From Squalus acanthias (lineage: Eukaryota), in contig CM059432.1 in assembly GCA_030390025.1 (NCBI GenBank), forward strand, positions 61,258,001 through 61,322,000: a stretch of 64,000 nt of DNA, in the 5' to 3' direction. Shown here piece after piece: positions 10,722 through 22,118 of this stretch; within the stretch, counting starts at the first letter, position 1, and the number at the start of each line of letters is the position of its first letter. Both the position numbers and the translations under genes were made by a program. The notes under the pieces are model-generated. The model was not told the DNA's origin. It ran no database searches and worked only from the letters and a program-made list of their open reading frames with translations.

Positions 10722-13700
10722 CTAGGCCTCCTCCTGAGGTCCCCACCATCACAGAAGCCAGTCTTCAGCCAATTCGATTCATTCCACGTGATATCAAGAA
10801 ACGGCTGAGCGCACTGAATACAGCAAAGGCTGTGGGTCCCCGAAAACATCCCGGTTGTCGTGCTGAAGACATGTGCTCCAGAACTAGCCGCGCCTCTAGC
10901 CAAGCTGTTCCAGTACAGTTACAATACTGGCATCTATCCGACAATGTGGAAAACTGCCCAGGTGTCCTGTCCGCAAAAAGCAGGACAAATCCAATCCGGC
11001 CAATTACCGCCCCATCAGTCTACTCTCAATCATCAGCAAAGTGATGGAAGGTGTCATCGACAGTGCTATCAAGCAGCGCTTACTCACCAATAACCTGCTC
11101 ACTGATGCCCAGTTTGGGTTCCGCCAGGACCACTCAGCTCCAGACCTCATTACAGCCTTGGTCCAAACATGGACAAAAGAGCTGAATTCCAGAGGTGAGG
11201 TGAGAGTGCCTGCCCTTGACATCAAGGCAGCATTTGACCGAGTGTGGCATGAAGGTGCCCTAGTAAAACTGAAGTCAATGGGAATCGGGGGGAAAACTCT
11301 CCACTGGCTGGAGTCATATCTAGCACAAAGGAAGATGGTTGTGGTGATTGAAGGTCAATCATCACAGCCCCAGGACATCGCTGCAGGAGTTCCTCAGGGC
11401 AGTGTCCTCGGCCCAACCATCCTCAGCTGCTTCATCAATGACCTTCCCTCCAACATAAGGTCAGAAATGGGGATGTTCGCTGATGACTGCACAGTGTTCA
11501 GTGCCATTCACAACTCCTCAGATAATGAAGCAGTCCATGACCGCATGCAACAAGACCTGGATGACGTTCAGGCTTGGGCTGATAAGTGGCAGGTAACCTT
11601 CGCACCACACAAGTGCCAGGCAATGACTATCTCCAACAAGCAAGAGTCTAAACACCGCCCCTTGACATTCAATGGCATTACCATCACCGAATCCCCCACC
11701 ATCAACATCCTGGGGGTCACCTTGACCAGAAACTTAATTGGACCACATAAATAGGCGCATGGGAACACCACCGCCTCCAAGTTCCCCTCCAAGTCACACA
11801 CCATCCTGACTTAGAAGTATATCGCCGATCCTTCATCATCGCTGGGTCAAAATCCTGGAACTCCATATCTAACAGCACTGTGGGAGTACCTTCACCACAC
11901 GGAGTGCAGCAGTTCAAGAAGGTGGCTCACCACCACTTTCTCAAGGGCAATTAGGGATGGGCAATAAATGCTGACCTTGCCAGCGACGCCCACATCCCAT
12001 AAAAACGAAAAAAAAATCTACCCGACATGTTCACAAAAAGCAAGACTTCTTCGACAGCACCTCCCAAACCCACGACCTCTACCACCTAGAAGGACAAGGG
12101 CAGCAGGCGTATGGGAACACCATCACCTGCAAGTTCCCCTCCAAGTTACACACCATCCTGACTTGGAAATATATCGCAGTTCCTTCATCGTCGCTGGGTC
12201 AAAATCCTGGAACTCCTTTCCTAACAGCACTGTGGGAGTACCTTCATCACACGGAGTGCAGCGGTTCAAGAAGGCGGCTTACCACCACGTTCTCAAGGGC
12301 AATTAGGGAGGAGCAATAAATGCTGGCCTTGCCAGCGGCGCCCACATCCCAGAAACGAATAAAAAAAAATCCAATCCAGCCAATTACCGCCCCATCAGCA
12401 AAGTGATGGAAGGTGTCATTGACAGTGATATCAAGCGACACTTACTCACCAATAACCTGCTCACCAATGCTCAGTTTGGGTTCCGCCAGGCTCACTCGGC
12501 TCCAGACCTCATTACAGCCTTGATCCAAACATGGACAAAAGAGCAAAATTCCAGAGGCGAGGTGAGAGTGACTGCCCTTGATATCAAGGCAGCATTTGAC
12601 CAAGTGTGGCATCAAGGAGCCCTAGCAAAATTGAAGTCAATGGGAATCAGGGGGAAACTCTCCACTGGCTGGGGTCATACCTAGCACATAGGAAGATGGT
12701 TGTGGTTGTTGGAGGTCAATTATCTCAGCCCCAGGACATTGCAGCAGGAGTTCCTCAGGGCAGTGTCCTAGGCCCAACCATCTTCAGCTACTTTATCAAT
12801 GACCATCCCTCCATAATAAGGTCAGAAGTGGGGATGTTTGCTGATGATTGCACAGTGTTCAGTTCCATTCGCAACTCCGCAGATAATCAAGCAGTCCATG
12901 CCTGCATGCAGCAAGACCTGGATGACATTCATGGCAAATAACATTCACGCTACACAAGTGCCAGGCAATGACTATCTCCAACAAGCAAGAGTCCAACCTA
13001 CGCCCCATCACATTCAACGGCATTACCATCGCGGAATCCCCCATCAATATCCTGGGGGTCACCACTGACCAGAAACTTAACTGGACCAGCCACATAAATA
13101 CTGTGGCTAAAAGAGCAGGTCAGAGGCTGGGTATTTTGCGGCGAGTGTCTCGCCTCCTGACTCCCCAAAACCTTTCCACCATCTACAAGGCACAAGTAAG
13201 GAGTGTGATGGAATACTCTCCATTGGCCTGGATGAGTGCAGCTCCAACAACACTCAAGAAGCTTGACACCATCCAGCACAAAGCAGCCCGCTTGATTGGC
13301 ACTCCGTCCACCACCTTAAACATTCACTCCCTCCATCACTGGCGCACCGTGGCTGCAGTGTGTACCATCTACAAGTTGCACGTCATCTCGCCAAGGCTTC
13401 TTCAACAGCACCTCCCAAACCCACGACCTCTATCACCTAGAAGGACAAGGGCAGCAGGCACATGGGAACACCATCACCTCCAAGTTCCCCTCCAAGTTAC
13501 ACACCATCCTGCCTTGGAAATATATCGCCGTTCCTTCATCGTCGCTGGGTCAAAATTCTGGAACTCCTTCCCTAACAGCACTGTAGGAGTACCTTCATCA
13601 CACGGACTGCAGTGGTTCAAGAAGGCAGCTGACCATCACCTGCTCAAGGGCAATTAGGGATGGGCAATAAATGCTGGCCTTGCCAGCAACGCCCACATCC

Positions 13701-13725
13701 CAGGAACGAATAATAAAAAAATAAA
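10722..13725 (+). mobile_element. Cluster of three copies of a second LINE family (CR1/L2-group RT, LINE-B)
   Basis: RT motifs [33 protein letters not shown]; three near-identical tails (caataaatgctggccttgccagc..gcccacatccc + A-run) ending ~12016, ~12369 and ~13725. Confidence 0.9.
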
Positions 13726-14048
13726 AAGAGGTGAAAAAAAATCTAGCTACAAATTAGAATTTTGTCCCAAGCTTAACTCAATACAAATGTTTCAAGTTCT
13801 GTTAGTTAAGCAAAGCATTGAATGCTACTTTTGAGCAAACACAAGCTGTGTGATTTGTTCAGCTTTGTGGATGACAGCCATTATTTTCAAACGTGCTCAA
13901 CAGTTATTTAAATCCAAGAAGTCCCAGTGGTCGTTTTCGGGGATATTTAAGCTGTTTGAATCTGAGTCAGTTTGGAAATTCCAAGAAATATCAGGGTCAA
14001 TTTTCCTTTCCCCTCCTCTCCATACAGCCAAAAGTGCACTGCACTTAC

Positions 14049-14124
14049 AAGTTGGTGAGCCCATCAGTATTTCTAGGTTCAGCTCATTCGCATGCAGTAA
14101 GGGTGCTTCGTGCATTGGGTGCAT
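14049..14124 (-). CDS. Candidate alternative first exon coding part or uORF: MHPMHEAPLLHANELNLEILMGSPT
   Basis: ATG preceded by an in-frame TAG; 25 codons + 1 nt, then consensus donor T|GTAAGT (14049/14048); the other two frames are closed; TE-free island. Confidence 0.45.
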
Positions 14125-16355
14125 GCACGCCTACTTTACAGAGAAAGTTGGTGTGTTGCTTAAAGAGGAATTTCTTCTTGTAATGAGCTGCTGGATTTGT
14201 GGGCTTCTTGAATTCTTCCAGAGTCTACGGATATCTGGTCGGATTGGTTGTCTTTAATTTAGTAGTCTGGCTGCTTTGGTTGCCTTTTTTGCTGTATTCT
14301 GGCTCCATTTGGTGTCTTTATTTTGTGCTGAAAGGCACTGTTTACTGGTTAGGGAAGTCACTTCTCCTGTCTGGCTGCAAGTCTGGAAGAAGCAGGGCAC
14401 CCTGCTTTGAGGAGGGTACATTACGATGTTTTTACAGGAAATGCAAGAGAATAGAGCATTACTGTTTCCACACCAGGGTCAAATGGTGCCTAAGGCTGCC
14501 TGTAAAAGAGCATAGAATTATAGAATCATACAGCACAGAAGGAGGCCATTCGGCCCGTCGTGCCTGTACCAACTCTTTGAAAGTGCTGTCCAATTTAGTC
14601 CCACACCCCAGCTTTTTCCCCATAGCTCTGTAAATTATCCCCTTCAAGTACACGTCCAATTGCCTTTTGAAAGTTCCTATGGAATCTGCTTCCACCACCC
14701 TTTCAGGTAGTGTGTCCCAGATCATAACAATCCTCTGTGTGAAAACATTTCTCCTCATTTCCCCTCTAGTTCATTTGCCAATTATTTTAAATCTATGACC
14801 TCTGGTTACCAACCCACTTGCCAGAGGAAACAGTTTCTTCCTACTTGCTCTATCAAAACCATTCATAATTTTGAATACCTTACTAGGTCTCCCCTTAACC
14901 TTCAATGCTCTAAGGAGAACAATCACAACTTCTCCAATCTCTCCACATAACTGAAGTCCCTCATCCCTGGTATCATCCTGGTAAACCTCCTCTGCACCCT
15001 CTCCAAGGCTTGACATCCTTCCTAAAGTGTGGTACCCAGGATTGTACACAATACTCCAGCTGAGGCCTAACCAGTGATTTGTAAAGGTTTAGCATGACAT
15101 CCTTGTTTTTGTACTCAATGCCCCTATTTACAAAGCCAAATATCCCATACACTTTGTTAACTGCCTTATAGAATATAAGAACACAAGAATTAGGAGCAGG
15201 AGTAGGCCATACAGCCCTTCGAGCCTGTTCCACCATTCAATAAGATCATGGCTGATCTTCGACCTCAACTCAACTTTCCTGCCCAATTCCCCTAGAGTCC
15301 AAAAATCTTATCTATCTCAGCCTTGAATATATTCAATGACTCAGCATCCACAGCTCTTTCAGGTAGAAAATTCCAAAAATTCACAACCCTCTGAGTGAAG
15401 AAATTCCTCCTCATCTCAGTCTTAAAAGCCGACCCTTTATCCTGAGACTATGCCCCTTGTTCTAGACTCTCCAGCCAGGGGAAACAACCTCTCAGCATCT
15501 ACCCTGTCAATCCCCCTCAGAATCTTATATGTTTCACTGAGATCACCTCTCAAGCTTCTAAACTCCAGAGAATATTGGCCCAATCTATTCAATCTCTCCT
15601 CAAGGACAACCCTCTCATCACAGGAATCAATCTGGTGAACCTTCGTTGCACCGCCTCTAACGCATGTATATACTTTCTCAGATAAGGAGACCAAAACTGT
15701 GCACAGTTTGCCCTGCTTGTCCTGCTACTTTCAAAGATTTATGAATATGTATTTCCCTTAAAATAGTACCATTTAGATTATACTGCCTCTCCATGTTGTT
15801 GTTCCCAAAGTGCATCACTTCACACTTATCTGCATTAAATTGGTACTTTATCAAAAGCCTTTTGAAAGTCCATATATACATCTACCGCACTGCCTTCATC
15901 AATCCTCTCTGTTACTTCATCAAAGAACGCAATCATGTTAGTCAGACACGATTTGCCTTTAACAATCCGTGCTGGCTATCCCTTATTAACCCAAGCTTCT
16001 CCAAGTAAGAATTAATTTTGTCCTTGATGTTGGTCTCGAGTAGCTTTCCTACCACTACCATTAAACTGATTGGCCTATAGTTACCAGGTTTATCCCACTC
16101 CCCTTTTTGGAACAGGGGTGTAACATTTTAAATCCTCCAGTCCTCTAGCACCACTCCCATATCCAAGGAGGATTGAAAGATTGTGGTCAGAGCTTCTGCT
16201 ATATCCACCCTAGTGTCCCTCAGCAACCCAGGATGCATCCTATCTGGATTGAGTGACTTGTTAACTTTGAGTGATGCCAACCTGTTTAGCTACTCCTTTC
16301 TATCCATTTTTATCCTATCCAATATCTCTACTCCCCCCTCCTCTACTGCAACATT

Positions 16356-17116
16356 GGCCCAAAAATTCGGCCCTTCCCGCGTGAGTACACAGTGTGTACT
16401 CACCCGTATTGGTTCCCGAAGTGCCGGTTTCCTGCATGCACTGCGCATGCGCGAGAAACAGGAACTTCCGGTATGGTGAAGGGGGCGGTTCCTAGGTGAA
16501 CCGCGTGCGCGCTAGAGGCTGTGCGCACGCAGCACACTTAGATTTTTTTCAGGTTTCTACACGAGGGTAAGTATTAAAGATACTACGCTAATAAAAAGGA
16601 GGTGTAAGACCCCTTCTGAACAAGGTACGTGGTTAATTAAGTATAATTTTAAATTTTTTTCAACAGGTTTATCTTTTTTTAGATACTTTAAAGAAAGGTA
16701 AGTTTATTTTTATAACTTTTTTAAAGTATTTTAATTTTTTCAAAAATTTAAATTTTTGTTTAAAGTGGTTAATTTATTTAACTATAGTTATTTTATAAAT
16801 GTGATGGTTTTTAAAAAATTTATTTTAAGTTTAGCTGTTCTTTTGGGGCCGATTTCAATTCACAGATTTGACAGGTCCTGTCAAATCTATGAATGAAAGA
16901 TGGTCTGCTGCCATTGGCTCTCCATGGCCCACGTGATCCCAGGGGTCGCATCGCACTAACTGCGCCCCTGGAACACACAAGCACTGCGCGCCGGCAGGTG
17001 TGAGAGGCCCAGGACCCGAAGTTCCCGTGGGCCCAAAACACAACGGCAGGCGCGGTAGGTAAGAGCGCGCGCGATCCTTACCCCCGCGGCAAGCCGGACA
17101 CGCGAATTTCTGGGCC
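16356..17116 (+). mobile_element. Harbinger-type MITE family B
   Basis: TIR ggcccaaaaattc/gaatttctgggcc, flanks att/agt; highly similar to 49903-50650 and 63472-end. Confidence 0.88.
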
Positions 17117-17485
17117 AGTAACTTCATCATCTTCTTTTCTGAAGGCAGATGCAAAGCACTCATTCAGTGCCTCAGTCATGCCCTCTGGCTCCACAAGAAG
17201 ATTTCCATTTTTGTCCCCAATCAGCCCCACCATTCCTTTGACTAACCTTTTACTTTTTATATTTATAAAAGATTTTTGATTACCTTTTTATGTTTTCTGC
17301 TAATCTTTTCTCATATTCTCTCTTTGCCCTTCTTTTATCCTTTTTCAATTTCCCCCTGCACTCTCTGTATTCTGCCTGGTTTTCGATTGCATTCTGTACC
17401 TGATATTTGTCATAAACCTCCTTTTTCTAGTTTTATTTTAACCTCTATTTCCTTTGTCACCCAGGGAGCTCTAGCTTTCGATGCC

Positions 17486-18850
17486 TGTAAGATTCTCAAA
17501 ATTCACAGATCCCCCAAAACTCGAAAACAAACCCTAAGGAAAAAGACTTTGGACTCTTTTCTAACTATTTCAGGGTGGTGGAATGCATTGGGCCTAACCG
17601 AAGGACATTTTAGAGCAAAAACCAAGATTTGGTATTTTAAAAGACATGTCTGGACTTGTAAGGGAGAAAAGGCTGTAAAGGAAGGTGGGATCAACCTCTG
17701 TAAAGACAGTTTGGATATTGGAGTTAATGCAAACTGTCTGGGGAACCGCATGACCTCGCTTGGAGTTAATCGGTCCCTATCAGACATTAACATCCTAACA
17801 ATAGACCCGAGGAAGAACAGTCTCCACCCAAATTACAAGACCCATCAAGACATGCATAAAACAGATCACTTAGACCCACTCTTTAGAAATCCCAGGCCCA
17901 GTCAAGAAACTCAAAACCTGAGAACAATCAACTACAATCAAGCGGCAGATCGACAGGATGGAGCCATCCCGAAACCACTTCACACATCTACAAAAAGGTT
18001 ACTGTCAACGAGCCCGCCAAAATCTTACAATAAACCAGGACTGATTAGGAGGCCCCAATTAGTATAATTGAGGGCCTGTTTTCTCAAGAAGTCAGTTCAG
18101 AAGTTATAACAAGTTCTCTACAAGTTCAAGGGTGGAGCAGTTACACAGTTACAACAGAAAGGAGTTCTCGAGTACAACCGTACACAGTTCAACAGAAACA
18201 AGTTCAACAAGCAAGCAGCAAGGAGTTCAGCAAGCAGCAAGGAAGCAGCTCTCCAGTACAACTGTTCAGCAGTTACGTGTCCAGCCAGGAGGTCGACAGC
18301 TCGAAAACAAGACCGTTCAACAAAGGAGGCCAACAGCTCTAGAAGTAGGCCAACACGCAAGAAGAGACCAGAGCGACCGCCTCAGTGACCATCGGACACC
18401 TCGCGGCAACAAGGGCCTTACGAAACTTTTTACTTAAAAAGACTCTAAACCCTACTTCTAAACCAAAGAAAAGTGGGTACTCACCCGATAAATCCAATCC
18501 AGCGAACCCCGAAACCGCGAACCAGCTCAACTGTCAAGGATTCGTTTGGTGAGCATTATCCCTGGTTCTCTAGAGCCCAACTTAGCTAGTAAAGTGGGAT
18601 TGGGAGGGGTGAGGTATTCTTCTAATGTGATTTCCCTCGTATGTACCGAAGTGTTCCCCATTTTATTAGAGTATTAAGATTGTTGTGTTATATTTACTCT
18701 CTTGAATAAAAATCAAAAGTTCTTGCACCAAACCAGTTGTCTGCTGCACTTTTGTCACAACCCCCAAATAAGTCCAAGGTCTAGAACCAAGGGAGTGGGA
18801 GCGATTCGAACTGCTCAGAAGTCAGAGGTGAAGCTGACACACACACCACA
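17486..18850 (+). mobile_element. Solo LTR, 1365 bp (Gypsy- or retrovirus-type)
   Basis: TGT...ACA termini; 4-bp TSD tgcc (17482-17485, 18851-18854) restoring the CR1 host; TATAAT 18063, Inr-like TCAGTT 18092, AATAAA 18705. Confidence 0.85.
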
Positions 18851-18944
18851 TGCCCCATCTTTCCTCCTTATGGGAATATGCTTGGTTTGTACCCGAAGTG
18901 TGTGCAGTTGATGGGGGGGGTGGGTGGGGGGGGGGGGATGAGAA

Positions 18945-19075
18945 GAGATACAGGGCTGCAGGAATTTGTAGAGTGAGGTCATAGAGGGATTTAAAGACAA
19001 AGACAAGGATTTGAAATATAATGTATTGGAGGATGTAGGTTAGTGAAGATAGAGATGGTATTATTCTGCATAAAG
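18945..19075 (-). mobile_element. Old L2 LINE fragment
   Basis: IIPSLSSLTYILQYIIFQILVFVFKSLYDL resembles the L2 ORF2 C-terminal ITP.L..LHWLP...FKIL.LVFKSLHGL motif. Confidence 0.55.
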
Positions 19076-19254
19076 GCTGTGTAGTTTTCACTCCTGATAT
19101 TAACAATTTTTTATGAAAACAAAGAAATTATTAATAGAAAGACAAAGAAACATATCTTCTTCTCAAGCCTGTAACTATCAAAACTTTCCAAATTGTATGG
19201 AGACAAGTTTCTGGCTTAAGATGGGATGGAAGGAAGCAAGGAAGGAAAGGAGGA

Positions 19255-19530
19255 AAGAAACAAAAGAAAAAAATAAATGCATTTTTGGATGTCCCAAAGC
19301 GCTTTACAGCTAATGAAGTACTTTTTGAAGTGTTGTCACTATTGTAATGTAGGAAACGCAGCAGCTAATTTGTGCACAGCAGTATCCCACAAACAGCAAT
19401 ATGATAATGACTAGGTAATCTGTTTCAGTGATATTGGTTGAGGGATAAACATTGGCCAGAACACTGGGGAGAACTTCCCTACTCTTCTTCAAAAGAGTGC
19501 CATGAGATCTTTTACATCCCCCTGAGAGCT
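19255..19530 (-). mobile_element. SacSINE1-like SINE 3' portion
   Basis: Reverse complement of Deu-domain and tail; similar to 3866-4067. Confidence 0.8.
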
Positions 19531-19599
19531 GCCCTGTTGGCCAATTTACGTGTGTGAATTCAAATTCAAGGTTCCTTTTCCAGAGCCTTTGCATTCCAT

Positions 19600-20770
19600 A
19601 AATTATATTATCCCCCACCTTGTTGAACATCTTATAGGCTTTGGCCACAAAGTGTTGTTTATTTTTGGTTAAGAATTTCAAGCCTGAAGGGGTCCAAAGA
19701 TTGCTCCTCACCCCAGAAACATATCTTTAATTTAAAACCAAAATATTGCTGACTTATCTGTTGAAACAATCTGAGAAACTCTCCTCATATACAACCCAAA
19801 CTCAGCTGATTCCCAATTTAACCCAATTACGGAATATTGTTGGCCTATGATCTATATCAAAATAAGGATTGATCCACATAAGGGAGGTGTCATAGTATGT
19901 GATAAGCCCATCTTAAACCAATAATTATAGGCAAGTATTTACAAGAGTCATGTAATACTTCAATTTAAGACTTCAGACATGTGGTAGGAGTGTAAAATAA
20001 ATTCTTAAATAGATGCAGCTTCACAAACCATACCTCTCTCCAGCTCAGGTCTACCCACATCATTTGCCATAGGGTGAATCCAGTGTGTCATGAATTGAAG
20101 TTTAAATATCCATTCAATCATACAGTTTTGGATGCAGCAGGTCCAATCCATCATTTGTGCATTTTGGTTAAATTTAATTTGAGAGGCTTCACCTCCCAAA
20201 AGAAGTACAGGAACATCTTCTTCAACCAATGTACCTGCACTGAGAGGAACATCCTCCCTTTACTTTTAAACTTTGCATAAACAGTAGCATTCTTCACTCC
20301 ACCTTTCAGGACATCCTTGCAAGGCAATCCATCTGGTAATGGAAGTTCATCCTTCCAGTTAGAAAGAATTTCAAAGCCTTGGAGAGGATGCAGAGGAGAT
20401 TTACCAGAATGATACCAGGGATGAGGGACTTCAGTTATGTGGAGAGACTAGAGAAGCTGGGATTGTTCCACAGCAGAGCAGAGAAGGTTAAGGGGAGATT
20501 TAATAGAGGTGTTCAAAATTATGAAGGGTTTTCATAGAGTAAATAATTCTCACTTTTAACAGGTGCACGGATAAGTGACTGGCTCCCTTTTAAAATGCAG
20601 TCACCTTGCACACTGTTCCTCTGTGAGGTTTAGGTATAATGTTCTGTTCCTGAATACCCACATGCTGTAATGCCTCCAGCACCCATGCCTCCTTCGCCCT
20701 CTTCTTGCAGCCTGTGCAGGTCCTTGCTACCTTCCTTGCTGCTACTGCTTCTCCTCCTGATTTGGGAGCC
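19600..20770 (-). pseudogene. Very old Harbinger transposase remnant, split by a CR1 fragment (~20372-20545, +)
   Basis: Degenerate WVFRNRTLYLNLTEEQCAR*LHF and ALKFFLTG match the younger transposase at 22740-22930. Confidence 0.45.
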
Positions 20771-20893
20771 TTAATTACATAGAATTTACAGCACAGAAAC
20801 AGGCCATTCGGCCCAACAGGTCCATGCCAGGGTTTATGCTCCACAGAAGCCTCCTCCTACACTATTTACTTCATCTCAACCTATCAACATATC

Positions 20894-21646
20894 GGCCCAG
20901 AAATTCCGTTCGCAGCCCTCCCGCGGGCGGAGGGCTGCGATTCGGAAATATCTGCGCCTGGACCGGAGGGCTCCCGGGAGGCGCAGAATTCCATTGCTGT
21001 GCCTCTTCAAACTGCCGGTGTGCAGGGCCTACGTATCCCAGGGGCGCAGGTAGTTCGCAGCGTCCCTGGGATCACGTGGGCCATGGGGAGCCAATCAGAG
21101 CAGGGAATCTCCATTCATAGATTTGACAGGAAGACCTGTCAAATCTATGAATAGAGATCAGCCCCAAAACATAAGTAAAACTTCAAATAAATTTTTTTTT
21201 TAAATCACATTTTTAAAATGACTATAAATTACATAAATTAACTATTTTAAACAAAAATTTAAATTTTTGAAAAAAATAATTAAAGTTTTTAACAGGGCTA
21301 AAAATAAACTTACCTTTAAAGTATTTTAAAATGATAAATCAGTGGAAATTTTTTTTTTTTACTTTCTTAAACTAGTAGCCTGCTAAAAGCAGGCCTTGCA
21401 CCTGCTTTTCTAGGCGCAGCTGTTCCCGACTTACCTGGACTCAAGCCAGTGTGAAAAAAACGGAAGTTTCTAACGTACGCGCTGCCTATCCGGCGCAGGC
21501 GATTGACCTGGGAAGCCCTTTCTGCAGAGAACAGAAGTTCTGGTTTCCAGCGCATGCGCAGTGCATGCATAAAACCGGCACTTCCGTTGGCCCTACAGGT
21601 GAGTACACAGCGCGTACACACCCGTAGGGAATGGAATTTCTAGGTC
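20894..21646 (-). mobile_element. MITE family B, related subfamily, reverse orientation
   Basis: TIR ggcccagaaattc/gaatttctaggtc, TSD atc (20891-20893, 21647-21649). Confidence 0.85.
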
Positions 21647-22118
21647 ATCATCTATTCCTTTCTAGCACATGTACTTATCTGGCATCCCCTTAAATGCATC
21701 TATACTAATCGCATCAACCACTCCCTGTAGTAGCAGGTTCCAGATTCCCACCACTCAGAGTAAAGAAGCTTCTGCTGAATTCCTTATTGGATTTATTAGT
21801 GACTACCTTATGTTTATGGCCCCTAGTTTTGGACTCCACACAGCTGGAAACATCTTCTCTACGTCTACCCTATCAAACCCCTTCATAATGTTAAAGACCT
21901 GTATCAGGTCACCTCTCAATCTTATCTTTTCCAGAGAAAAGACCTAATCTGTTGAATTTTTCCTGATAGTTGTACCCTCTCAGTTCTGGTATCATCCTTG
22001 TAAATCTTCTTCACACTTTATCCAGTGCTTCCAGATCCTTTTTGTAATATGGAGTCCAGAACTGTGCACAGTGCTCTAAGTGTGGCCTAACCACGGTTCT
22101 ATATAAGTTTCACATAAC

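Larger units (their letters stand above)
14510..18897 (-). mobile_element. Decayed CR1 LINE hosting nested insertions (second CR1 3' end ~15170-15715, MITE, solo LTR)
   Basis: Minus-strand RRNVFTQRIVMIWDTLPERVVEA and LNLYKSLVRPQLEYCVQ; host sequence rejoins across each insert. Confidence 0.8.

Noticed and set aside
17276..17485. Hydrophobic, signal-peptide-like N-terminus of the 263-aa ORF
   Set aside because: It is T-rich antisense CR1 sequence with a non-ATG start outside the LTR; only the LTR portion is treated as meaningful
18913..18937. G-runs with G-quadruplex potential (also ~49216 and ~63258)
   Set aside because: Simple homopolymers, common and length-unreliable in assemblies
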